DNA of 45,464 nucleotides, taken from the IMG/VR virus record IMGVR_UViG_3300006143_000028. One strand, 5' to 3'. The notes beneath the pieces are model-generated. The model was not told where the DNA came from. It did not search any database and worked only from the letters and a program-made list of their open reading frames with translations. Shown here piece after piece: positions 1 to 8,479 of the stretch. The position numbers and the translations under genes are program-made. The stretch comes from a virus. Each line of letters begins with the position of its first letter. Positions within the stretch are counted from its first letter, which is position 1.

Positions 1-77
1 AGGCTTTGCACGGCCTTTTTGTAGGCGGTCAGGTTCTTCACCATCTCAACCTCCTAAACGCCCCCAGGATTTTCTCC
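1..77. repeat. Terminal direct overlap, copy 1 (identical to 45388-45464). Indicates a circularly closed contig with unique length 45387 bp.
   Basis: The first 77 nt equal the last 77 nt. ORFs 38..436 and 45060..45431 join across the junction with an ATGGTGA start/stop overlap. Confidence 0.9.
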
Positions 78-436
78 GGGGGGTGGACCATGCCGTCCAG
101 GGTGGCCAAAAAGCGCCCCTCCGGGCTGGAAACGCCGTCACTGGCCCCGGCAAAGGTGGCGGACACGTCCCCCTCCGTGATGCTCTTAACGGCGGTGGAA
201 AAGTCCAGGCCCTCAATTTCCAGCCCCCCGGCGTTCAGCTTGTCTTGCAGGAATGAGCCCGCCACCATGTCCACCAGCGTGTAGATGAGGCCGTCCGGCA
301 CGTCCTTGTGGTGGATGCTGGCCAGGAGCGCCACCCGGCACTTGCTGGTCAGGTAGTCGATGGCGGGCTTGTCCTGTTCGGTGACCTGATACCCCAGCAT
401 GGCCAGCCGGGACACCACAGCCTCATACACGTCCAC
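38..436 (-). CDS. Head-tail connector / DNA-packaging (gp6- or QLRG-like) protein
   Basis: 132-aa ORF immediately downstream of the major capsid gene and upstream (across the circular junction) of the head-closure gene. Size and position are typical of this family. The family call is tentative. Confidence 0.5.
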   Translation of the reverse strand: MDVYEAVVSRLAMLGYQVTEQDKPAIDYLTSKCRVALLASIHHKDVPDGLIYTLVDMVAGSFLQDKLNAGGLEIEGLDFSTAVKSITEGDVSATFAGASDGVSSPEGRFLATLDGMVHPPEKILGAFRRLRW

Positions 437-439
437 GGC

Positions 440-1480
440 TTACCCCTTGGACTTGATGCGGGCGATGGCAATGACCTTATCGTTGACGTAGGACCGCTCC
501 GCCTCCGTAGCCTCGCCGGAGTGCACCAGGTCCCAGTTGGTCCCGTCCGCCAGCTCATCATCCGTGGGGGAGAGGCTGGCCTGCTTGGCCTTTTCGTAGG
601 AGAGGCCAAAGGGGGCAAAGACCTTGCGCTGCCGGGTGTAAAGCGTATCCTGGCCGCCGTTGGTCTTGGGGTCACGGGCCATCTCATAGGGCACCTTGGC
701 ACCGATGTCCTCATAGTTGATGGTGCCCTCACCCAGCACATAGCTGGTGTAAACGGTGGAGCCGTCCTCCGCCTGCTCGGTGGGCATCCCGTCATCCACG
801 ATGACCAGCTTGCCGTTCCAGGTGTAGAGGGTCAGGTCACGGGTCACGCCCTCCTTGTCCGTGTACTTGAGGGCGGTGAGGAGGTTGAGGTTTTCCAGAT
901 TGGTGGACACAACGGAGTGCATGAAAATCATGGAAAACTTTTTCTTGTGGTCCCCGCAGGCCTGGGCGGTGGCACTGTTGAGGGTGGTGGCCTCCATGGG
1001 GCCGTCCACCTCATAGGTGTGCTTTTTCACAAACTCAGCGCCCTTGGTGCTGGTCATGGCGAACACGCCCCGGAGGATGGCCAGGAGGGTGTCCTGGTCA
1101 ATGTCCTGCCAGTAATCCGCCACCTGCTTGGCCACGTTGTCCATGAAGTCCTGGCCGCCGGTGATGTCGTAGGAAAAATCCTTTTCCACCCACGCCTTGG
1201 CCCGGCCCACCACCACAACGCCCTGCTCAAAGGTCTTGGTGCTGGTGGCTGTGATGTCGGTCTGGCCGTCATAGTTCACGGCGTCCCCATCCAGCAGGCC
1301 CCGCATGGCCAGCCGGGCGTAGGCGGTGCCGTCCTGAGTGGTGAACACGGCCCGGATGTCCGGGTTGCCGGTCAGCACCCGGCTCTTGCGCATCTCGTTC
1401 ATCCGGGTGCGGGGGATGCGGTCAGCCTTGTACTTAAAGGCCTGGGGGTTAAAGCTCTTTGCGTCAAACTTGTTAGGCAT
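440..1480 (-). CDS. Major capsid protein
   Basis: 346-aa ORF following the scaffold gene and a small head gene. The sequence style (MPNKFDAKSFNPQAF...YTSYVLGEGTINYEDIG) matches capsid proteins of Firmicutes phages, and the position within the head module fits. Confidence 0.8.
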   Translation of the reverse strand: MPNKFDAKSFNPQAFKYKADRIPRTRMNEMRKSRVLTGNPDIRAVFTTQDGTAYARLAMRGLLDGDAVNYDGQTDITATSTKTFEQGVVVVGRAKAWVEKDFSYDITGGQDFMDNVAKQVADYWQDIDQDTLLAILRGVFAMTSTKGAEFVKKHTYEVDGPMEATTLNSATAQACGDHKKKFSMIFMHSVVSTNLENLNLLTALKYTDKEGVTRDLTLYTWNGKLVIVDDGMPTEQAEDGSTVYTSYVLGEGTINYEDIGAKVPYEMARDPKTNGGQDTLYTRQRKVFAPFGLSYEKAKQASLSPTDDELADGTNWDLVHSGEATEAERSYVNDKVIAIARIKSKG

Positions 1481-1499
1481 ACATCAATCATCCTTTCTG

Positions 1500-1955
1500 T
1501 TATGTTTCGGCTTTCGCCTTGGGCTTGCGTCCGCCCCCGGTTTTGGGAGCGGCCTTTGCGGGCGTCTTGGGGGCCTCCTGGGGCGTTTCAGCGGCGGGAG
1601 GGGTAGATGTACCCCCAGCGCCCTCAACGCCGTCCTGGGCCGCCGCAGGGGGCTCCGTGACCGCCAGATTGGCTCCCATGCTTTCCGTGATGCGGGCAAG
1701 GACCTCTTTGGTGACCGCCTCACCCAGCTCATCCAGCTTGAGACGGGCCATGACCTCCTGGGTGACGGCCTCCGCCAGCTCATCCACGTTGACGCCGCCG
1801 GTGGCGGGGGTGGGCACGTTTTCAGCCATGTACTGCACAATGGCCTCCTGGGTCCGGGGCAGCTCCGCCACCGGCGTGCCGGTCAAACGGCTGGCCAGGT
1901 TGCGCAAGGCCGCCTCAAAGGAGATGGCCTTGATGGGCTTTACAATCTTTTCCAT
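1500..1955 (-). CDS. Hypothetical head-module protein (possible decoration or scaffold-associated protein)
   Basis: 151-aa ORF with RBS GAGGTGA. It contains an internal repeat (DELAEAVTQEVMARL / DELGEAVTKEVLARI) and a Pro/Ala/Lys-rich tail, and lies between the scaffold and capsid genes. Confidence 0.6.
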   Translation of the reverse strand: MEKIVKPIKAISFEAALRNLASRLTGTPVAELPRTQEAIVQYMAENVPTPATGGVNVDELAEAVTQEVMARLKLDELGEAVTKEVLARITESMGANLAVTEPPAAAQDGVEGAGGTSTPPAAETPQEAPKTPAKAAPKTGGGRKPKAKAET

Positions 1956-1966
1956 GCTTTCTCACC

Positions 1967-2620
1967 TCACTCATCCAGCTTGGCGTCCGGGTTGGCCGCC
2001 AGATAGTCCGCCAGCTCAGAATAGGACATCTCAGAGGGCTTTTTGCCCCCGGCGGGCTTTCCACCGCCGTCCCCGCCCTCTCCGGGTTTCCAGCCGTTGT
2101 ACTTGGGGGCCGCCCCAAAGAGGAAGTCCGTGGAGGCGTCCTTTTTCAGCGCCTCCACCTTGGCCGCCAGGGTCACGGTGCCAGTGCTGTCCTTGGAGGT
2201 GACCTTGCCGTCCACAATTTTGGCGTCCTTGAGGAAGTCCGCCAGCACGGCCCGGACAGCGGTGACATTCTTAGCCCCGGCAGCGGTGAGCTCCGCATCC
2301 ACGGCGGCCATGAGCTTGACGGTGGCCAGCTCCTTGTCATAGGCGGCCTTTTGGTCCTTGTTCTGCTGGGTCAGGGTTTCAATCTGCTTTTGCAGCTCCT
2401 CACTGGCCCCGGCGGACTTCTTCAGCTCCTCAAGCTGAGTGTCACGGGTCTTGACGCTCTCCGTGAGCTGGGTGACCTGGGCCTCCGCCTCCTTGAGCTT
2501 GCCGCTGGTGGTGTTGAAGTCGGTGCGGGAAACAAAGCCCTTGCCGATTTCCTGAGACACCGCTGTGTCAATTTCGGGGGTGTACTTGTCCCCCAGGATA
2601 GTCTTGAGCCATTCCAACAT
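1967..2620 (-). CDS. Scaffolding protein (GP20-like minor structural protein)
   Basis: 217 aa. The N-terminus MLEWLKTILGDKYTPEID is followed by long coiled-coil-type sequence (KLKEAEAQVTQLTESVKTRDTQLEELKK). It sits upstream of the capsid gene. Confidence 0.7.
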   Translation of the reverse strand: MLEWLKTILGDKYTPEIDTAVSQEIGKGFVSRTDFNTTSGKLKEAEAQVTQLTESVKTRDTQLEELKKSAGASEELQKQIETLTQQNKDQKAAYDKELATVKLMAAVDAELTAAGAKNVTAVRAVLADFLKDAKIVDGKVTSKDSTGTVTLAAKVEALKKDASTDFLFGAAPKYNGWKPGEGGDGGGKPAGGKKPSEMSYSELADYLAANPDAKLDE

Positions 2621-2721
2621 AATGCTTTACCTCCTTGTGTTGTCTGCTGTCCTTGTTTATCCGGCCAGTCCCGGTATTGCAGCGCCCCGCTTTTAGTCCG
2701 CCGGGCCAGCGGTAGGGTATG

Positions 2722-2752
2722 AAAAAAGCACCGTGCATTTTCAGCACGATGC
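2722..2752 (-). terminator. Rho-independent terminator downstream of the toxin/immunity pair
   Basis: Minus strand reads GCATCGTGC-TGAAAAT-GCACGGTGC followed by TTTTTT. The stem is 9 bp with 1 mismatch. Confidence 0.55.
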
Positions 2753-2796
2753 TTTAATCAACAAATCGGGATTATTCAAATTAGAGGCCTATGCAC

Positions 2797-3045
2797 TCAT
2801 ATCAAGGCGGACAAGTCCACCGTTTTTGCTCTGTCAAACAAAGCAAAATTCATAAATGGGCTAAATGTAGAAATTGCGCCGGTCTTTTTGTCTACCGTGT
2901 CACACGCCCCGCCAAACGCCTCACCATCCGGCAGGTCTTGGGGGACAAAGACAAAGCCAAAAAAGTCCCCGTAGTCTTTACACTCTATGCACTTTTTTCC
3001 GCTGTTTCTCTGCTTGATAACGGCATAGGCTTTTTTGGCGTCCAT
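2797..3045 (-). CDS. Small protein immediately downstream of the MuF-toxin gene; candidate immunity protein
   Basis: 82-aa ORF with RBS AAGGGGTGAAAAC-ATG, starting 5 nt after the toxin stop. It lies in a visibly AT-richer segment and is followed by a terminator. Confidence 0.45.
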   Translation of the reverse strand: MDAKKAYAVIKQRNSGKKCIECKDYGDFFGFVFVPQDLPDGEAFGGACDTVDKKTGAISTFSPFMNFALFDRAKTVDLSALI

Positions 3046-3049
3046 GTTT

Positions 3050-4663
3050 TCACCCCTTGTTTATGCAAGCGTTCTTGATTGCATCAGACGGCTCAAGATT
3101 ATCCCATCTCATATGGATAATGCTTTCCGGCTTTACTCTCTTGAAATACTCAGCCACGTCAATCCCGCCACATTGCGGGTCAATAAAAAGCACGGTTTCA
3201 CCTTGCCGCTCCCAGGAAAAGAAGTGTCCCCAGGTTGAGCCTTTCCATTGCACGAAGACTGAGCCTCTTGCACCATCCGGGTGTAGCCCTTTTATTTGCT
3301 TTGTAAGCGTTTCAACAATAGGCACCCTTTTTTCTTTCATAAACGGGTACGCTTTTCCGCCTGTAAATAGATTTTTCCAATCGCTCACAAGTAAACCGTG
3401 CAAGGGTTGGGCCTCAACGTCAAAGCCTCTCCGGCGCATTTCGTAGGTTGCACTACAATAGCCGCAGTTATAGGTATAGTCCCCGCCTTTTGCAAAATTA
3501 GGGTTACAAGTTGGGCTCTGTGCGGTTCCTATGTCATCAGCTATTGTATGGTCACCTTGTATGTCGTTAAAGCCCCACGGATTTATTTTACCTTGTTTTG
3601 CGGCGTCTGTCAATCCCTGCCCTTGTTGGACAAACTGCTGCCGCCAGTCCGCAAAGGTCATGTCCGCAGGGACTTTGTGCGTGGTGCCGTCCGGGTTGCG
3701 GGTCCACCGTTCACCAATGCCCGCCATGTCCTCAAAATAAGGGGCCGTACAGCACCGGCACCACGGATGGAACGGGGGAGCCGTAAGGCCCACCTGATAC
3801 TCAGACATTTTGAACACCTTGCCATCCAGCGCCCCGCACAGCTCACAGGTGTCATGGTCAAAGGACGCCACGATTTTGTAGCGCTCCACTCCAAGCTCCC
3901 CGTAACAGTCCTTTTGAGCGGCGCTGGAAAAGTAGGCGCTCTCCGTCATGATGAGGCGGCCCGCTTTGTTCTTGGACACGTCAAACTGCTTGCTTATAGC
4001 GGCAATGGCCCGGTCAGGAGCCTCACCCCGTATAATCATCTGGGTGAGCTGAGTGTTGACGCTGTTGACCAGGCTCCGCTTGTCAGTCCAGCAGCGGTCC
4101 CGGAATGTCTGCCCGTCCGTTGTCCAGGGCCGGGAGAGGACCTTTGTGACGGTACTCTCATTGAGCGCCTGCATGGTCCAGCCCACGCCCAGGCCCCGTT
4201 GGAGCTCAAAAGCGGTGCCGTAGTAGCTGCCCTCATAAATGCGCCGGGCGGCGGCGTCTACAAAGTCCAGTTGATTGGCGTACAAAAGCTCCGCCTGCTG
4301 CTGGATTTGGAGCTTTAGCGCCTCCAGCCGGGAAACGTGTACCCTTGCGCTGGCGTTCTCAAGCTGCTTTATCCAGGCTCCGTCAAGAGCGTTTTGCTGA
4401 CCGTGGGCAATGTACTCTCCCACCGTCCAGTGAAACTCCGCCAGCTCATCACTACTCAGCAGGCGCTTGGCGTCCGCAAAGGTGATTTCATTGTTGACGG
4501 CAAAACGCTGATACCAGGCGGCAAGTTGCTTTTCAACCTCCGTTTGGGCGGCCGCAAATTGCCGCTCCATGTTCTCAACGTAGGCAAAGGATTGGTCCAG
4601 CAGGGCACCCTCCATGTTTTTCATACGCTGGGCCCAGTAGGCGGCGTTACTCTGTCTGGCCAT
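3050..4663 (-). CDS. Head morphogenesis protein (SPP1 gp7 / MuF family) fused to a C-terminal papain-like (Tox-PL1-like) toxin domain
   Basis: The N-terminal two thirds carry MuF-type motifs (TESAYFSSAAQ, DHDTCELCGALDGKVF, PPFHPWCRCC). The last ~150 aa carry a Cys...His...Asp pattern (YNCGYCSATYEMRRRGF ... GHFFSWERQGETVLFIDPQCG). The start could be ATG 4663 or GTG 4672. Confidence 0.8.
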   Translation of the reverse strand: MARQSNAAYWAQRMKNMEGALLDQSFAYVENMERQFAAAQTEVEKQLAAWYQRFAVNNEITFADAKRLLSSDELAEFHWTVGEYIAHGQQNALDGAWIKQLENASARVHVSRLEALKLQIQQQAELLYANQLDFVDAAARRIYEGSYYGTAFELQRGLGVGWTMQALNESTVTKVLSRPWTTDGQTFRDRCWTDKRSLVNSVNTQLTQMIIRGEAPDRAIAAISKQFDVSKNKAGRLIMTESAYFSSAAQKDCYGELGVERYKIVASFDHDTCELCGALDGKVFKMSEYQVGLTAPPFHPWCRCCTAPYFEDMAGIGERWTRNPDGTTHKVPADMTFADWRQQFVQQGQGLTDAAKQGKINPWGFNDIQGDHTIADDIGTAQSPTCNPNFAKGGDYTYNCGYCSATYEMRRRGFDVEAQPLHGLLVSDWKNLFTGGKAYPFMKEKRVPIVETLTKQIKGLHPDGARGSVFVQWKGSTWGHFFSWERQGETVLFIDPQCGGIDVAEYFKRVKPESIIHMRWDNLEPSDAIKNACINKG

Positions 4664-6179
4664 CGTCCTCACCGTCCTTTACGGGCGGGGTCCCCTGGCC
4701 GGGTGTGCCGCCATTCTGCCGGTTGGCCATAAAGGCGGCCTGGTAGGGGTCAGCGGCGGCCTCCTCCTTTTCCTTTTTGATGCGCTCAAGCTCCTGCTCC
4801 GGGTCAGACACCCAGGGGTGCATCTTCACGATGGTTTCATCGGAGAGGATGCCCACGGAGTTCTTGCAGTTGGTGATGGCCTCACTTTCATTGATGAGCA
4901 CATCCCGGTCAAAGATGACCTTGACCTCCACGCCGTCAAAATTGGCCTTGCTGGTGTTGACCAGGTGCCGGTTGACAAACCAAAGCAGCTCCTCCATGCT
5001 GGCCTGAAATTCCATTTCAATCCCGTTGGCGTCCAGGTCAATGTCAGAGTACATACTTTGGATGTTCATTTGATTGGGGTTCCCGCTCATACGCTCATCC
5101 TTGGCGTCATAGCCCCTGGCGTTCTCAATGATGGCGTCTTTCAGCAGGGCCAGCAGAGCCTTGTAATTTTCGGAGTTGACCTCAATGGTCAGCGTGTCCA
5201 CCCCGCCCTCGCTGCCCTCATAGGAGCGGACCTTGACGGCCCCATAGATGGCCAGGTTGCGGCGGAATTTGCCCAGGTCCTCACCCTCAGCGTTTTTGAT
5301 GACCAGGACGGTGTTGTGCACGTCCTCCTCCATCTGATTGGCAAAGGTGGAGAGGATGTCATTATAGGCGTCTTGCAGGCACTTCACCCTGGACAAGAGG
5401 GGGATTTCATGGTGGGAGCTCTTAAAGCACACCAAGGGGATGCGGTCCCAGTTGTACCCCTGCTCCTTGCCGGTGTCCGGGTCCTCCGCCGTGATGTAAT
5501 CGCCGGAGTGCCCGTCCGGGTCAGGCTCCAGGGTGCCGTCATCCCGGCGGATAAAGCAATCCACGCCCCCGCCGTGCATGACCTCAACCTTGACCACGGC
5601 CTTGGTCTGTTCGCTCTCATCGTACTCCTGCACCACGTAGACGTGGACGGCGGCGTCCAGGACGGTGTGGTCCGCATCCGCCCAAAAAGGCAGGACCTCA
5701 TCCGCCGGGAAACGCTTAAAGGCCAGCTCTCCGCCCTCATAGTAGGGATAGAGCCACGCCTTGCCGCCTATCCAGGCACCCTCCCCCACCGTCCGCATCG
5801 TCCGGCGAAAACGGGCCCCCAGCACCGTGGCCAGGGCCGCCGCATAGTCCTTGCGCTCTGTATCAAACGAAAAAGGGCGGCCAAAAGAGTAATTGGTCTT
5901 TTGGTCCACCATCTTGGAATACAGATTATTCACCAGGCGGTTATTGGGCAGGTGGGTGAGCTCCATGAGCTTGCCGTCATCGTCCAAGGCCATACGCCGC
6001 CGCTTGAGCACGTCCTGCTGGCCGTCATAGTAGACCTCAGCGGTGAGCTGCCGCTTGCGCTCAGGGGAGGCCAGCCAGGCCGTGATTTCCAGCTCCAAAA
6101 AGCGCTTGTCCGTCATACCACGCCGGAAATTTGTGGCCGTCCTGGCCACGCAGTCATCCCGCAAATTCAGCACCACCAC
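4647..6179 (-). CDS. Portal protein (SPP1 gp6-like)
   Basis: Long ORF between terL and the MuF gene, with the motif AEVYYDGQQDVLKRRR typical of portal N-terminal regions and an acidic C-terminus. The start is uncertain: GTG 6179 has RBS GAGGTG, and ATG 6221 and ATG 6116 are alternatives. Confidence 0.8.
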   Translation of the reverse strand: MVVLNLRDDCVARTATNFRRGMTDKRFLELEITAWLASPERKRQLTAEVYYDGQQDVLKRRRMALDDDGKLMELTHLPNNRLVNNLYSKMVDQKTNYSFGRPFSFDTERKDYAAALATVLGARFRRTMRTVGEGAWIGGKAWLYPYYEGGELAFKRFPADEVLPFWADADHTVLDAAVHVYVVQEYDESEQTKAVVKVEVMHGGGVDCFIRRDDGTLEPDPDGHSGDYITAEDPDTGKEQGYNWDRIPLVCFKSSHHEIPLLSRVKCLQDAYNDILSTFANQMEEDVHNTVLVIKNAEGEDLGKFRRNLAIYGAVKVRSYEGSEGGVDTLTIEVNSENYKALLALLKDAIIENARGYDAKDERMSGNPNQMNIQSMYSDIDLDANGIEMEFQASMEELLWFVNRHLVNTSKANFDGVEVKVIFDRDVLINESEAITNCKNSVGILSDETIVKMHPWVSDPEQELERIKKEKEEAAADPYQAAFMANRQNGGTPGQGTPPVKDGEDDGQTE

Positions 6180-6189
6180 GTCAATCACC

Positions 6190-6555
6190 TCACAGACATC
6201 CCGCCCGTTTCCAGGCGTCATAAAGTTTCGGGCCTTGAATAGCCATCCAGTCCACCAGCTCCTCACAGGTGGGCCAGCAGTCCACGCCAAGGCCGTTTAC
6301 ACTCAGGCCGCTCTCATAGAGAAAAGCATGGGTCAGCTCATGCCTCATGCACTTGCGCATATAGGCGTCCAGGTCTTTCTTTGTGCCCGGCTCCCGGCGC
6401 TCTGCCGCCGTATACTTGCGGACCACGCAGCGCTTGACGCTGGTGTCACAGTAGCCGTCACAGTCATCAAGGTCCGGGTCCTGGGCCTTTGTCCGATATT
6501 CAAGAGCGTACTGGACGCCCAGCACGGAGACACGCACGAAAAACACCTCACTCAA
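6190..6555 (-). CDS. Small HExxH-motif protein (putative zinc metallopeptidase-like)
   Basis: 121 aa with the motif CMRHELTHAFLYESG. It is wedged between terL and the portal gene with 4-nt overlaps. Confidence 0.55.
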   Translation of the reverse strand: MSEVFFVRVSVLGVQYALEYRTKAQDPDLDDCDGYCDTSVKRCVVRKYTAAERREPGTKKDLDAYMRKCMRHELTHAFLYESGLSVNGLGVDCWPTCEELVDWMAIQGPKLYDAWKRAGCL

Positions 6556-7781
6556 AAGCTCAATAGGGACGGGGCATAGACCTTGTGGATGAAATAGCGC
6601 ACATCGTCCATGCTGTGGTCATTTTCTTTGATGGGCCGGTCATCTATGGCCTTTTCGTCCCACCGATAAAGCCCAAACTCACGGATGCAGTCCGCACAGC
6701 AGGCATTAAAAAACACGTCCCCGCATTGGAGCCGTGTGGCCACATCACGGATGCCCGCCATGACCGCATTGGCGGCCTTTTCAACAAAAAACCGCCCGTG
6801 CCGCCGGATGCACTCAATGAAAGAGGCGGCGGATGGGTCCACAATGACGCTGGTGATGGACAGGCCCCCGGCCAGCGCCTCCAGCTCCACGTAATACTCC
6901 TCATCGGTGCGCTGGCCGCCCTCTTTCCGGCTGTCGTAGTAATACTCCCGTATTCTGTACCACTTGCCGTTTGCACGGCCCCAGAGGCCCATGCTGGTGG
7001 GGTTGGCGGTGCCGTAGTCACAGGAGATGTAATACTTGTCATAAGGCCGGGGGACCTCCGGCACCACATGAAAGTCCTTGTTGAACATGGTATAGACCAG
7101 GCCCTCCGCCACCACCCACAGGCCCCGGATGTAGCGGTCATAAAACACCCCGGAATATTGCCGCTCATAGCGGTCTTTAATTTCCTGGGTCAGGCTGTAA
7201 TTGTCCTCCATAGTGAAATGCAGGTGGAGGACGTTGTGCTTTTTAGGCTGGTCACCCTCCAGCCATTTCTTGTAAAACCAATGGGACGGGCCCTCCGGGT
7301 TGCAGTTAAACCACAGCTTTGACCCCGCCACAGAGCACCGGCCCGTGGCCTGATTGACAAAGCTCTCCGGCATCAGGGCCACCTCATCCAGCAGGATGCC
7401 CGCCAGGGTGATGCCCTGGATGAGGGAGGCGCTGCTTTCGTCCTTGCCGCCGAAAAGGTAAAAGGAATTGCTCCGCCCGGCGGCGGTCACCACGATTTTG
7501 TTTTCTGTGCGGTGCTCTTTGAACGAAAACACCCCCGCCAGCCACTTGGGCAGGTTGGAGGTGACATTGCGGCGCAAGCTCTCAATGGTCTTGCCGCAGA
7601 TTGCAAAGTTTTGGTCATTAAAGCGGGCCATGGCCCACATGACAAAGCCCACGGTCATGGCCACCGTCTTGCCGGAGCGGATGGAGCCATCACAGATGAT
7701 GCCGTCATAGTCCCGAAAGCCTGGCCTATTCCACCACGTCATCGCCAGGTTCTGCCGGGGGCTCAATTTCTGGAATGTCAT
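6552..7781 (-). CDS. terL: Terminase large subunit
   Basis: Walker A-like motif DGSIRSGKT, with an ATPase followed by a nuclease-type C-terminal half. It follows terS. The ATG at 7781 is preceded by GGGAGG; the ORF track's 7823 start is a TTG. Confidence 0.9.
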   Translation of the reverse strand: MTFQKLSPRQNLAMTWWNRPGFRDYDGIICDGSIRSGKTVAMTVGFVMWAMARFNDQNFAICGKTIESLRRNVTSNLPKWLAGVFSFKEHRTENKIVVTAAGRSNSFYLFGGKDESSASLIQGITLAGILLDEVALMPESFVNQATGRCSVAGSKLWFNCNPEGPSHWFYKKWLEGDQPKKHNVLHLHFTMEDNYSLTQEIKDRYERQYSGVFYDRYIRGLWVVAEGLVYTMFNKDFHVVPEVPRPYDKYYISCDYGTANPTSMGLWGRANGKWYRIREYYYDSRKEGGQRTDEEYYVELEALAGGLSITSVIVDPSAASFIECIRRHGRFFVEKAANAVMAGIRDVATRLQCGDVFFNACCADCIREFGLYRWDEKAIDDRPIKENDHSMDDVRYFIHKVYAPSLLSF

Positions 7782-8289
7782 TTGTGTCAATTTCCTCCCG
7801 TGTGCTCTGTTCGATGACCTCAAAGATGTTGTTTTCCTCAGCGGCGGCAGCGCTGCCGCCGGTGGCGAACACGCCCAGGTGTTTGCCCAGCAGCTCCAGG
7901 GCCCTCACCTTGTCATGCAGCTTTATCTCAATGCCCAGTTGGCTGTACTTGATACCGGCAATGGCAGGGAGCTTGTTCTTTGGCACCTCACTGGTGGCCT
8001 TTACGCAAAGGAGCCCGGCCCCGGTGACCGTTACAAAATCCGTTCCGTTGGCAAAAGCGATGGACGCCAGCTCCTGCAACACCGCCTCCTGGGTGATTTC
8101 CAGCTTTCCCCTCAGCTTGTCCCGGCGTGCTTGAATGGCCGCAGAAACGTGAGTTTTATTGAGTAGTTCAATCGCTATCCTGGACGCACTCTTTTCACTA
8201 TACCCAGCCCGGCGTGCAGCGGCGGTGGCATTGAGGTCCACCAGGTACTCATCCACAAACCGCTCCTGCTTTGGTGTCAGCTTGGCCAT
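7726..8289 (-). CDS. terS: Terminase small subunit (Terminase_2-like)
   Basis: The N-terminus MAKLTPKQERFVDEYLVDLNATAAARRAGYS is the classic terS HTH signature. The start is ATG 8289; GTG 8298 is an alternative. Confidence 0.85.
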   Translation of the reverse strand: MAKLTPKQERFVDEYLVDLNATAAARRAGYSEKSASRIAIELLNKTHVSAAIQARRDKLRGKLEITQEAVLQELASIAFANGTDFVTVTGAGLLCVKATSEVPKNKLPAIAGIKYSQLGIEIKLHDKVRALELLGKHLGVFATGGSAAAAEENNIFEVIEQSTREEIDTNDIPEIEPPAEPGDDVVE

Positions 8290-8417
8290 TCTCACCACCC
8301 CAAATCAAAATAAATGACAGCGGCAAGGGTCCGGGTTTCATCTTCCATCACCTTGCCGCCGTCAACCAAGGAGGTGCTGCACCTTGAGGCATACACCCGC
8401 TTATACAGAATACCACA

Positions 8418-8453
8418 GACAAAGCGGACAAAGCGGACAAAACGGACAAATTG
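8418..8453. repeat. Four tandem 9-mers, GACAAAGCG GACAAAGCG GACAAAACG GACAAATTG, in the intergenic region upstream of terS
   Basis: Read directly from the sequence. It lies between the late-regulator stop (8480) and the terS start (8289). Confidence 0.85.
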
Positions 8454-8479
8454 AATTTTGTTACACATTCGCCCCCGTG

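Noticed and set aside
1-77. The 77-bp terminal repeat as a biological direct terminal repeat (DTR)
   Set aside because: The repeat is exact and its length matches a common assembler k-mer. Genes run continuously across it. It is more parsimoniously an assembly circularisation overlap, though read-level data could revise this.
308-1606. Long plus-strand ORFs throughout the window (e.g. 308..1606, 4818..6242, 9486..10742, 12349..13131, 19022..20068, 20475..21677, 27448..28743, 29885..31588, 34890..36140)
   Set aside because: All are antisense to minus-strand genes with clear homology-type motifs. Their translations are Gly/Ala/Arg/Pro/His-rich, as expected for the reverse frame of GC-rich coding DNA.
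8418-8453. Possibility that the short direct repeats (here, or the GTAACAT array at 10905-11147) are a CRISPR array
   Set aside because: The repeat units are 7-13 bp, either contiguous or in mixed orientation, with no regular 25-40 bp spacers. This is not CRISPR architecture.
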